A stretch of DNA of 64,000 bases from Macrostomum lignano (Eukaryota), in contig NIVC01001207.1 of assembly GCA_002269645.1 (NCBI GenBank), positions 271,667-335,666 on the forward strand, in the 5' to 3' direction. Both the position numbers and the translations under genes were made by a program. Positions 9,801-27,960 of this stretch are shown here, in pieces (position 1 is the stretch's first letter; each line of letters begins with the position of its first letter). The notes under the pieces are model-generated. The model saw only the letters and a program-made list of their open reading frames with translations, made no database searches and was not told the DNA's origin.

Positions 9801-12285
9801 AATCATCCACCAAGAATCGCCCCTCAATCATCCATTAAGAATCGACCCTCAATCATCCACCAAGAATCGCCCCTCAATCATCCACCAAGAATCGCCCCCT
9901 CAATTAAGAATCGCCCCCTCAATTAAGAATCGCCCCCTCAATCATCCACCAAGAATCGCCCCCTCAATCATCCATTAAGAATCGCCCCTCAATCATCCAA
10001 CAAGAATCGCCCCTCAATCATCCAACAAGAATCGCACCTCAATCATCCACCAAGAATCGCACCTCAATCATCCACCAAGAATCGCCCGCCCCCTCAATCA
10101 TCCACCAAGAATCGCCCCCTCAATCATCCATTAAGAATCGCCCCTCAATCATCCATTAAGAATCGCCCCCTAAATCATCCACCAAGAATCGCCCCCTCAA
10201 TCATCCATTAAGAATCGCCCCTCAATCATCCATTAAGAATCGCCCCTCAATCATCCATTAAGAATCGCCCCCTCAATCATCCATTAAGAATCGCCCCTCA
10301 ATCATCCATTAAGAATCGCCCCCTCAATCATCCACCAAGAATCGCCCCCTCAATCATCCATTAAGAATCGCCCCTCAATCATCCATTAAGAATCGCCCCC
10401 TAAATCATCCACCAAGAATCGCCCCTCAATCATCCATTAAGAATCGCCCCTCAATCATCCACCAAGAATCGCCCCTCAATCATCCATTAAGAATCGACCC
10501 TCAATCATCCACCAAGAATCGCCCCTCAATCATCCACCAAGAATCGCCCCCTCAATTAAGAATCGCCCCCTCAATTAAGAATCGCCCCCTCAATCATCCA
10601 CCAAGAATCGCCCCCTCAATCATCCATTAAGAATCGCCCCTCAATCATCCAACAAGAATCGCCCCTCAATCATCCAACAAGAATCGCACCTCAATCATCC
10701 ACCAAGAATCGCCCGCCCCCTCAATCATCCACCAAGAATCGCCCCCTCAATCATCCATTAAGAATCGCCCCTCAATCATCCAACAAGAATCGCCCCTCAA
10801 TCATCCAACAAGAATCGCACCTCAATCATCCACCAAGAATCGCCCGCCCCCTCAATCATTCGCCAAGAATCGCACCTAGAAATCACACACAAGCCCCACA
10901 AGAGGGCCTCCCTGAAGTCACAATATTGTCTCGATCCCGCAGGAGGGCATTGAACTGCCGGTGAACCTGAAGTTCTGTCTGGAAGCCATGGAAGAGAGCG
11001 GCTCGGAGGGCCTCGACCAACTGCTAGTGAAAGAACGCAAAGGCTTCCTTAGCGGAGTCGACCTGGTGTGCATTAGCGACAATTATTGGCTAGGCAAGGA
11101 CAAGCCGTGCCTGACCTACGGCCTACGCGGAATCTGCTATTTCTTTCTAGAAGTGTCCTGCGCAGCCAAGGATCTGCACAGCGGCGTGTTCGGCGGCTCA
11201 GTTCCCGAGGCTATGAACGATCTGGTCTGGTTTCTGGGCCGGCTGGCCGACAAGGACGGCAAAATTCTTATCGACGGCATCGACGAGAATGTGGCGCCTC
11301 TCACTCCTGAGGAGGAGGCTCTCTACGATAAGATGGACTTCAGTGTTGATGAGTTCAAGGCTGACAATGGCCTCCACGGCCTGCTGCACGCTTCTAAGGT
11401 GAGTAGGGGGTCTTCATCGAGTTATAGCCCCTAACTGGCTTACCCAGTCGTCATCTCCTCCCACCGGGTCTTCAGTGGGCGCCACCTCCAAGCCTTTGGT
11501 GGGCGCCACCTCCAAGCCTTTGGTGGGCGCCACCTCCAAGCCTTCAGTGGGCGCCACCTCCAAGCCTTCAGTGGGCGCCACCTCCAAGCCTTCAGTGGGC
11601 GCCACCTCCAAGCCTTCAGTGGGCGCCACCTTCCCCACCAAGCCTTTAGTGGGCGCTACCTCAGAGTCTTCAGTGGGCGCCACCTCCTCAGAGTCTTCAG
11701 TGGGCGCCGCCTCCCGCCATAAGTAAGCCGCTCTAGAGTTCATTCGCCACGCCTTTCAATTTCCAGGCCAAGACGCTGCAGCACCGCTGGCGTTTCCCCT
11801 CGCTCAGCGTCCACGGCATCGAGGGCGCTTTCTACGGCGAAGGCGCCAAGACGGTGATACCCCGCCGAGTGATTGGCAAGTTCAGCATTCGAATCGTGCC
11901 CAACCAGACGCCGGATGAGGTCAACGCCAAAGTGGTGGCCTATTGCGAACGGCTGTTCCGGGAGCGGGGCAGCCCCAACCAGTGCCGTATCATTCCTCAG
12001 CATGGTGGCCGGCACTGGTTCAGCGATTTCCAGCATCCGCACTTTCAGGCCGCCGCCAAGGCTACGAAAACTGTGTACGGAGTTGAGCCGGACATGACTA
12101 GGGAGGGCGGCAGCATCCCGGTGACGCTTAGCCTGCAGGAGAGCACGGGCAAGAATGTGCTGCTGCTGCCCATGGGCCAAGCTGACGACGGAGCTCACAG
12201 CCAGAATGAGAAACTGTCCAAGAGGAATTACATCCAGGGTACTAAGCTGATGGCCGCCTACCTGCACGAGGTCGGCCAGATTTGA
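6885..12285 (+). CDS. CNDP2: Cytosolic non-specific dipeptidase (peptidase M20A), 479 aa; exons 6885-7094, 7891-8145, 10943-11398, 11767-12285
   Basis: All introns are GT-AG, phase 0. Motifs [52 protein letters not shown] and [10 protein letters not shown] match the CNDP2 family throughout. Confidence 0.97.
7125..7795. repeat. Intronic G-rich minisatellite, ~22 bp unit GGGGTTTAGGATCGGGAAA(C/T)TC (CNDP2 intron 1)
   Basis: About 25 copies, preceded by a degenerate GGAATCGGGGA-type segment. Confidence 0.95.
8325..10870. repeat. Intronic minisatellite, 25-26 bp unit AAGAATCGCCCC(C)TCAATCATCCA(TT/CC) (CNDP2 intron 2)
   Basis: About 100 copies fill ~90% of the 2.8 kb intron. A ~650 bp higher-order duplication is visible (truncated units at ~9900 and ~10552). 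Confidence 0.96.
11470..11715. repeat. Intronic minisatellite, 24 bp unit CAGTGGGCGCCACCTCCAAGCCTT (CNDP2 intron 3)
   Basis: About 10 copies between the donor at 11399 and the acceptor at 11766. Confidence 0.93.
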
Positions 12286-13089
12286 TTGGCTGGCCTAGCT
12301 AGCGTAAAGTGACCTTGTTTGACCTTTGACCTTTGGTCTCGTTTGATTTTTTCGCCATTTTGCCATTTGGTCTTCGCTTGACCTTTGACCTTGTTTGAAA
12401 TTCGACCACGTTTGACCTTTGGGCTTGTTTGGTCTTCCTTTGATCTTCTTTGACCCCTGACCCTGTGTGACCTTTGACCCTTTTTGACATTTAATTTCGA
12501 TTTGATTTTTTGTTCCCATTCGATTCCCATTCAGTTTTAATGAACTATAATCCTCTCTTACTCTCGTAAAACTCCTATTGCCGTAAATAGTCATTATTAT
12601 TATAAGAAATCAATTGTGACCCGTGAGTAAGCTTGTATTTTAATCATCTATAAAAATCAAAAAATCTTTCATTTGTTGACAATTCCGGTAATTTTTTAAA
12701 TTAAATCTTGCTAAATTCGCGTCCTTGTTCGATTTGTCTTTTTACTTTTATCATTTTCACAATCAGCGCCCCTTACATTATTCGCCACTAAATAGCTCCC
12801 ATTCTCTTAGTTTAGTTAGCTCTTCTAAAAGTTTAATTTTTTCTGAAATTCGTTTATTGATTTGAAATTAAAAAATTCGTGACGTCATTAAACCGTATTT
12901 AACTGATTCAAAAATTCCTGTTATGCCAATAATTTTGTGAGGCACCCGATTGCTATATTCGAAGTCACTAATTCTATTCAATATTTATATATACTAAGGT
13001 ATTATGCTGTGCGACTTCGATATTAAATTATTTTTACACGAATAGATATGTCATGATTTTCTAGTCCAGTAGATAAGGTCTACTAGTCT

Positions 13090-13680
13090 ATTGCCTGTCT
13101 AATAGATGGGGTCTGTTAGTCCATTGCCTGTCTAATAGATGGGGTCTGTTAGTCCATTGTCTGTCTAATAGATGGGGTCTGTTGGTTCATTGCCTGTCTA
13201 ATAGATGGGGTCTGTTAGTCCATTGCCTGTCTAATAGATGGGGTCTGTTAGTTCATTGCCTGTCTAATAGATGGGGTCTGTTATTTCATTGCCTGTCTAA
13301 TAGATGGGGTCTGTTAGTTCATTGCCTGTCTAATAGATGGGGTCTGTTAGTTCATTGCCTGTCTAATAGATGGGGTCTGTTATTTCATTGCCTGTCTAAT
13401 AGATGGGGTCTTGTAGTCTATTTCCTGTCTAATAGATGGGGTCTGTTAGTCCAATGCCTGTCTAATAGATGGGGTCTGTTAGTCCATTGCCTGTCTAATA
13501 GATGGGGTCTGTTATTTCATTGCCTGTCTAATAGATGGGGTCTTGTAGTCTATTTCCTGTCTAATAGATGGGGTCTGTTAGTCCAATGCCTGTCTAATAG
13601 ATGGGGTCTGTTAGTCCATTGCCTGTCTAATAGATGGGGTCTGTTAGTCCATTGCCTGTCTAATAGATGGGGTCTGTTGT
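13090..13680. repeat. Tandem minisatellite, 33 bp unit CCATTGCCTGTCTAATAGATGGGGTCTGTTAGT, immediately upstream of RFC4
   Basis: About 18 copies. The array ends ~40 bp before the RFC4 ATG (13719). Confidence 0.96.
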
Positions 13681-13718
13681 TTCTAATACTCTGGATCCTT
13701 TCGCAAACTATTCGGTGC

Positions 13719-15952
<2,234 letters not shown>

Positions 15953-16300
15953 GGCCAGCAAGCATGCAGCCTTGCTTTTTCGGCCAGCTGACAAGTTTAT
16001 CATTTATTATGCTGTACTGTTTATTAATAACTAATTTAGTGGCATTTCTCTAATTTGAAAAAATCGCATTTTTTACACCTATCCACAATCGCAATTTAAT
16101 ATTATTAGTTATATATTATAAATAAATAAGCCAACTTACGCTCGTAATCCAGTTTTGTTAATCCTAATAAAGTTTGGGTTCATAAATAAGTTTCCTTAAA
16201 AAAAACATTTTTCTTTGTTTTTTTTCTCGCGCTTTGCAATGCAGGCCAATTTCCGGAGGCTTTCAAAGAGAATGCGAGCTGATGCGCATTCAGGCAATGT

Positions 16301-17429
16301 TACCGTGCCAATAATCGCTAAAAGTGCCATCGCAAACACGTCACTCAGTGACTCTACGAGCGTATCAACTCTGGGGGGGGGACTCTTGTGACTTTTTCCG
16401 ACTCAAACGACTTTATTGCAACGGAAAGGCAACTGTTGAGTCAACTGTTTTAGAATTGTAAGAGTCTCGAGAAAATTCGTCCAAGAGTGGTATTGACGCC
16501 TAACATTTTACTACAATAACTCTTCAAGAAGAGTTGTTATGAATGCGATTCTAATTCATAAAGTGACGCAAATGCGCTTTGGACGCAACTCAGTGACTCA
16601 AGCAAAACCTCAGATACGACGCTACGGCCCCAGAGTCGCAGAAAATGCCTCAAATTGACTCTTAGGCAACTTTTTGGCGACCTGTAAAATTGTCGTCTAA
16701 AAGTCACTTCTTTCCTATTTTTTTGTTCTGAGACGCTTCTGGGCCTAGGTACCGCTTTCATCGCCATCATTACCCATTGCTCCACGAAGGAGCTTCCCCA
16801 GAGAAAAACTGATAACAGAGGCAGAAGAAGCAAGCAAAAGACGTTTTTAAAAATCGACGTGCTGCTCGCTTGAGCAAGGCAACGTCTGCCTGCGGAGTTC
16901 GAAATTTTTCATCTGTCAATGACAGTTTGTGTGCTCCCCAGTGTAAGTTGGGGAAGAGAGGAATTTTTTATTAGCCAGCAGAAGTTCCGCCATGGACGAT
17001 GCTAAAGACAGCCAAACATGGCCTTCCAAACTTTCCATCAATCACCAAACCGATACACCACAGAAAGTGAAAACCCTACGAAACGGTATCTAGGCCAAGA
17101 AGCGTCCCAGTCACTTGTGTCGCCACATAATCGTTGCAGTTAACAGATAAAATAGGAAAGAAATGACTCTAAAACGAAGAGATGTCACGGTACAAGTCGC
17201 CTAAGAATCAATTTGAGGCATTTTATTGTCGAAACGAAACCAGTTTAATGACTGGGGCCGTAGAGTGTATCTGAGTGTATCTGAGTGTATCTTTCGCGAC
17301 TCTCCTGCAACTCGCGTGATGCGCGTGACTCGACAGTTGCCTCACCGCCGCATTACGATTGTTTGAGTCGTTAAAGAGTCGCTAGAGTCACAAGTGAGCT
17401 GTTTGCAATGACTCTGACTTGTCACGGTA
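16301..17429. mobile_element. Foldback/MITE-like non-autonomous element with long imperfect inverted arms and a ~430 bp non-palindromic core
   Basis: Collinear inverted matches: 16642-16672 vs 17194-17224 (29/31), 16702-16721 vs 17149-17168 (19/20), ~16608-16634 vs ~17247-17272, ~16385-16445 vs ~17329-17394, 16328-16345 vs 17393-17410, and 16301-16311 vs 17419-17429. True termini and TSD were not defined. Confidence 0.75.
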
Positions 17430-18176
17430 TCGTTTTCAACGGGAAAGTCACCAGTCTGGCCTCAACTAACTCTGGCCCTTTTCATACCTTTTGAAGGTAT
17501 CAACGTTTTCATGGACCCATCTGATCGTTATTTTTTGACAAAAAATGAAGCAGGTAAAAACGGAGTTGTCAAGCTGATATTTTTCAATTATAATATACTT
17601 AATAACGCAGCCTATGAATACACACAGCATGTGTAACAGAAACTATTATGACGCAGATAATTTTATATTGTCATGTAGTATACAGATGTGTCAAACAGAG
17701 AAAATCTTTCATTCTTTATTACTTAGGCCGGCTTTGTAGTAGTTAAGAGGGTAGCATAAGCAGGGTTATTGTCATTAACTTGAGCCAGTAGGATTGTTGT
17801 TGGCTGGTGTAAGCTTCAGTTGACAAACAAAAGATTAAAAAAAACAGCAAATAAATTACAGTTACAGAGCACAGCAACTGATGCAGACACAGAGAGAATC
17901 TGGCGGTACCAGAGCCTTCCCCAGCTATGGTATAATCGGATCGATTAAAAACAAAGACAAACGGCTGCCTTTAATAAATGTGCAGAGAATCGGGGGGGGG
18001 GGCTAGCGGTGCAGTTTAATAGCAGCAGTATACTAACTATAAGCAGCATTCTGTTAACATTTACATGCATATTAGCCTACTAACATACGCGGCTATACTT
18101 GTAGGTATCACACTGGCCATTTGAGAATGAAATGTGCACACAGAGGATAGGATGCAGGTTGGACGAGAATATACTA

Positions 18177-18770
18177 GGGGTGTCCGGAAAGTTCAGACAC
18201 TTCCAATCCCAGAGCACAACTTTGGTGTCATTTTAAAGCGGCACATCTCTTCTTTGCAATGAATTCAGTCGCGTGCATTATGGTTATTTCATTCAAAAGT
18301 TCTGCGTGAAAAAACTGTCTTACAGTTTAAAAAATATAAAAAGCGATATTTTGCCCTCAAAGAAACAAATTTTAGTCATTTATCATCATCATCATCATCA
18401 AGCTTCAAGGCAGCCTTCTCAACATGCCTTCAAGTAAGTGCCTTCGGCCTTCTTCCAATTGCACACTCATGATGGTGTCAATAATCACAAAAATCAAAAC
18501 ACTTCACTAAGCAAAATCTTGCAAGGTGCTCTAAACAGTGAGATTTGCTTACAAGTGACGGAGTGGTTTTTCACACAACTGTTTAATGAAATGGCCAAAA
18601 TACACGCGACAGAATTCATTGGAAAGAAGCGAAGTCCGCTCCGTTGGTGTCGGGCGCCTCAGCGTCGCACAGCAGGCAGTCCACGTATCGACTGGTTTCG
18701 ATGAACGGCTTTAAAATGACACCAAAGCTGTGCTCTGGGATTAAAATTGTCAGAACTTTCCGGACACCCC
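18177..18770. mobile_element. Tc1/mariner-type MITE, 594 bp, ~65 bp TIRs, TA target-site duplication
   Basis: Left end GGGGTGTCCGGAAAGTTCAGACACTTCCAATCCCAGAGCACAACTTTGGTGTCATTTTAAAGC matches the reverse complement of the right end with only a handful of mismatches. TA at 18175-18176 and 18771-18772. No intact transposase. Confidence 0.9.
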
Positions 18771-19844
18771 TAGCCTCGTATTACGAGTAGTATAACACGA
18801 AAGAAGCGTAACAGCAGAAATTCAACTTAAATTTGAAAGCAACAATAAAGCAATGAAAATAAAATCACAAGAGATTTGACATTAATTTTACAGACTTATG
18901 CACGGCCTAATAAGGCTACTAACTATGGGGCTTCAAAGCTCTCTTGGCAATTTGCCAAACTGTCCACACTGATTCAATTAGCGACCCCGAAAACAGGCAT
19001 TTAACCCGCTGACTAACAGACTAACTAGCCAGCTTAGACTGCTACTTAAAGTAGCCAGAAACGCATAGTATAACCAAAAGTTTTTGCGACAACAGAAAAG
19101 AGAAACAGCAGAAGCAAACTGTGAAGCCAAAAGCAAATATTTAGATCTGCAACAATAAACAGGGGTGGGAGGGGGAGAAAAATGATTTCCATAGAAACTG
19201 TTATTAAGCCATGGTCAAATAGAAATCAATAGTACAATCTCTACGGTGTAAACAACAACAGTTCAGTAAATATTTATATATAATATTATACTCATATTTA
19301 TAATAGGATATGCGCATTGTTGCAAACTGAGAGGCAGCAATCCACTAGCTTGGCTGAATAATAAGCAAAAACTATAAATAACAATAATTCTGATCTAGAA
19401 TAATCACATTTACCAAATTAACCCTAGCCTAGAAGCCGACGGCAAACCAATTTAAAGCAAGTGAAAACCGCAGAACAGCGCGCATCTGTCACGGTGAATT
19501 CCAAGTCAGAGAATTGAGAAACGTTCTTAATAAGCAAGAGTTCTTGTTGCATTTTTCTAAATACAGTTTTATTTAAAAACGCAAAAAACGAAAGCAAACT
19601 AAAAAACAAACACTTCGATGCCAACCGAGTCTAAAAAAACTTTGAATGCTCGAATGACCGAGAAGAACTTTCACGACCTTTAACTGTATAGCTTAATCTA
19701 ATCCACCTGTATTGCTGTATTAAAGTTCACTCGCATTCTGCCTCTCCCTAGCAACCTTTTTATAATGTACATGATGTACTAACATTAATAATAGCATTCA
19801 CCCCACGCAGCTAAGTACAGTTAGGTCTAATAGTACACAATGTA

Positions 19845-24665
<4,821 letters not shown>

Positions 24666-25158
24666 TTGCTCAGAGTGGCCTCAGCCGGTTTCCAGTTGCT
24701 GGCGGGTCTCGAAGAAAGCTCTGATGAGGGGCTACCTGCCTCGTTTTGTCTGCTACTTGTAGATTTCTTGTTTTTACTTTCGTTAAGCACTAATTGCTGA
24801 AGCTGAAAATAATTAATTTTAATGTTCCTGTTTATTACAATGAATTAAATAAAATCTGTATTTTTATTACACTTCTATTAGACAAATTTACTTTATTATG
24901 ACACCAATAAATGAACTATTAAGCCAGTTCATGTAAAAATAGAATTGTAAAGTAGAAACAAAGATTTCTTAATTTTTTTTTTTGACTGGTCAAGTCTTGC
25001 ACTAAAAAAAGCAACTTAAATACGGGAAATTTTACATCGTTTTTAAAAAAAATGCCAATTAAAAAAATCAATATAGCCAACTAAATCAAAGTAAAAGCTT
25101 TTTTCTTAAAACAAAAATGCGTCAATCTTCAGTTTGTTTCAATGCCAGTTGAGTCCAG

Positions 25159-25451
25159 TTATTCAGACTTGTCATGTGTGGTGTCATCCACTGCAGTATC
25201 AGCATTGTCAGCATCATTAGCAGCATCATTCGTGTCTGGCGTGGTCTCTTCAACTTCAGCCTGCAATGTAAATTTCTGGCCACGTTGACAAAACAGTTGC
25301 GCATTTTAAATAATTTCTTTAAAAGACTCACAGGTGCAGGCGGTGCATTCTCAATGGCTTTTTCTTTCTCTAAATTCTTCTCATTGGCAGCATCTTCTGG
25401 TTTCTCTTTTTCAACATCCTTGTTGTTGTTGTCAGGTGCTTTCCCCTTGCT
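25159..25451 (-). CDS. Last two exons of an unidentified acidic, low-complexity protein (25451-25332 and 25260-25159): SKGKAPDNNNKDVEKEKPEDAANEKNLEKEKAIENAPPAP|AEVEETTPDTNDAANDADNADTAVDDTTHDKSE*
   Basis: A strong pyrimidine tract ends in TTTAAG. Donor CCT|GTGAGT, a 71-nt intron ending TTGCAG, an in-frame phase-0 join, and TAA at 25159-25161. The 5' end is uncertain: the ORF could alternatively start at ATG 25538 with a hydrophobic N-terminus. Confidence 0.65.
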
Positions 25452-25901
25452 CTTAAACAGAGGCAGCAGGAGAAAGTGGAAAAATGCTAGAGTAAATGGC
25501 GTCACTGCCAGGATGACACAGGGAATGCACACCATCATGCATAAATTGTTATTACACTATTTATTAGAATTTTAGAATATTTTTAAGCACAAATTAAAAA
25601 ATTCTGCAAGCTTTCGTGAGGTCATTCCTGTCCATTTTACTCATTGAGTATATAAATAGTTTATTAATAATTATTTGACTACACCTGCCCTAATGGGCAG
25701 ATATACAACCAATAGGAAACGGGGGTGTCCAATGCGATTTAGACCTTGGCTGCAATAGGGCAATCAATGACTATTTATTTGTGTGCAAAGATTGTTTTGA
25801 TATAATGAACCCTTCATTGACCTGTTTTGCATAATTGATTAGGGAAATGCAGATTTTTAATCTTGGTATCTTAGATGCTGTGTACATAAAGAAACTCAGT
25901 C

Positions 25902-26220
25902 CATATATGCGCAACAGTCGGCCGAGTCGGCCGATCTGGCTGACCGATTTGGCGGCCAACCAAGGAAGTCGCAAAAATGCCCACCCAAAAAAACCCAAGT
26001 AGTAGTACTAAGTAGCTGACGAGGCATTTTGGCTTAATAAGACAGTCATAGCTACTCCTGCCGTTTACCCTTGGTAAGTTGCGTTAAGTTGGTAAGTTGC
26101 ATTAATTTTGCTTTAGGATTTTTTTACATGTAAGTCGCATTTTTGGCCAAAAAACTATGTCGCATTTTTGTTAAAACTAAGTCGCACGGCCGGCCGAATT
26201 TTAGAGGTTGCGCATGTATG
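25902..26220. mobile_element. hAT-family MITE, 319 bp, with an 8-bp target-site duplication
   Basis: TIRs CATATATGCGCAAC / GTTGCGCATGTATG (13/14). Perfect direct repeat ACTCAGTC at 25894-25901 and 26221-26228. An 8-bp TSD with short TIRs starting CA is typical of hAT. Confidence 0.9.
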
Positions 26221-27039
26221 ACTCAGTCTAAGCCTGAACATTCAACTTGTTTATTGTGGTGACCAGAACAACAGATTAGCTCTATCGGCAAAGCTGTCAA
26301 AGCGAATGTATTTCAGTGCTTAAGATCAAAGATGAGCAAGCATATTAGTACAAGATTAAAAGCCAGAGTGGTGGATATTAACGATGGTATGCAACTGAGG
26401 GAACTGTAGAGTGGGAGATATAGCCATAGATTATATACTAGTGTGACAAGCTTTGACTGGGGCTACGTCATTCAAAGTGGTGCAGGACACTTACTTAGGG
26501 TCTCTAAGGAATGTACATGTTTTTCTCCTCTCTCCTCTCCTCTCCTCTCCTTTGCAAGCAACACCCTTTCAACCATCTATATACATGTATTTTGTGACAA
26601 TTCTCTAAAACCTTCTCTTTTTTATTGCACATCTGAAAAAAACCCTATTCTAGTTTTTGTAATGTATGCTTATTTTTTAATACTTTTGTCTTATTTGCCC
26701 AATCATTCAATATATATATATATATTTGAGGTCACAATTGTGTCACTTTGATTTTTGCAATTTTACTTCAGCTAATAAATTGCTTGATAATGTGTAATGC
26801 AAACCAAAACATGTTGCTTTAGAAAATAAAATAAAATGTTGATTTTGAGCTTTCCTTTTCTATCATTTTAGATAGATTCTAATCATTTCATTGATAGTTA
26901 TCTATGATAATATTGGATTAATAAACTTTGTTAATCATTAACAATAGTTAAACAATATTAAAAGATGTTTAGAAACTGATACGTATAAACTATACTCTAG
27001 AAGGGGAGCAGGAACTTTTCTAGTCTGAAAGTTTCTAAC

Positions 27040-27960
27040 CAAAAGTTGCACTGGAGTAGCTCTATCCCAAGAGAGATGACAGTAAAGAAAATGGTGCAAA
27101 ATGTCTACAAGTATGCTTAGAACTTGCCCATGCAACCTAGGTCACTAGAGGAACTTGTGATAACTGACAAATTTCAATATCAGAATGGATAGTGCTTTCT
27201 CTTGCATGATTCTAGACCTAATGCAAATAGAATTTTTATTTGGCAGCAAGCCACCAAATTTTTTTACTTTTGACACTGTTTTGCAATTTTTTGCCTAACA
27301 GCTTGTAGTGCATATAGTGAGACATGAGCATGTTTAGCCTTTAATCTATGATCTGCTACCTGACAAAATACAGGCAACATACACATGATTTTTTAGAATT
27401 CTAGCACAGACAAATGGCCCCAAATATAGTGCCAGGCACTGCCAGCTATGAAAGCCAGCTTTGCAACTTTGAGCTAGGCCAAATTAATACCATCTAGGAA
27501 GTTTATCAAGGTTAGCTGACAGGATGCCCCTTAAATTTAAAACAATGTGTTATTTACAAAGCAATGTCGAAGGGTTTGAAGTGTGACCTAGAGCAGGATA
27601 AAGAGGTGTCTCTATGGTTGCACTATTTGCCTGCTTTGGCATTTATACTAGAAAACTGAATTGCTGCTAGCTTTGATGAGCTCATCATGTTTGTAGATTT
27701 TTCACTGCAGCTGGAGATTATAACTCACTATTTTGAGAAAACTGGATTGGCAGACATATGCCTAATGAACAGAGACACTACCCTTGCTTCCCAATCTCTT
27801 CATGGAACATTTGCCAGTGTATTCTAAATGGCCAGCATTAAGTAAACAAGTGGGTTGAAGTGTGGCATTGCCATATACAGACAGTACTTTTGTGAAATGC
27901 ACCATAGATATTTAAGCTACTAAAAGCACTCAAAAAGCACTCATAAAAGAAAACAACCAT
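27040..27960 (+). pseudogene. Decayed Mutator-like (MULE) DDE transposase
   Basis: Manual translation with frameshifts gives FLLHDS..NRIFI, TFDTV..FF.*QL, PLIYDLLPDKIQATY, NFELGQINTI*EVY..GC (DFE motif at 27465), LPALAF...SFDEL (27627), YFEK/WIGR...PCFPISSWN (27743) and VNKWVEVWH (catalytic Glu at 27857), then IFKLLKALKK. This is the motif order of animal MULE transposases, with many stops. A possible degenerate FLYWCH-like N-terminal part lies at ~26330-26430. Confidence 0.85.

Noticed and set aside
8325-10870. Regularly spaced repeats as a CRISPR array (also other arrays)
   Set aside because: Units are head-to-tail with no unique spacers and lie inside spliceosomal introns of a eukaryote. 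There are no cas genes.
25159-25538. Upstream neighbour of MEF2 as BORCS8/MEF2BNB (linked to MEF2B in vertebrates)
   Set aside because: The visible peptide shows no resemblance to BORCS8, so it was left unassigned.
27040-27360. Fungal-style RIP as the cause of the CpG desert
   Set aside because: A small manual count gave TpA/ApT of about 1, and CpA/TpG remain abundant. This fits CpG deamination better, though a full index calculation is still needed.
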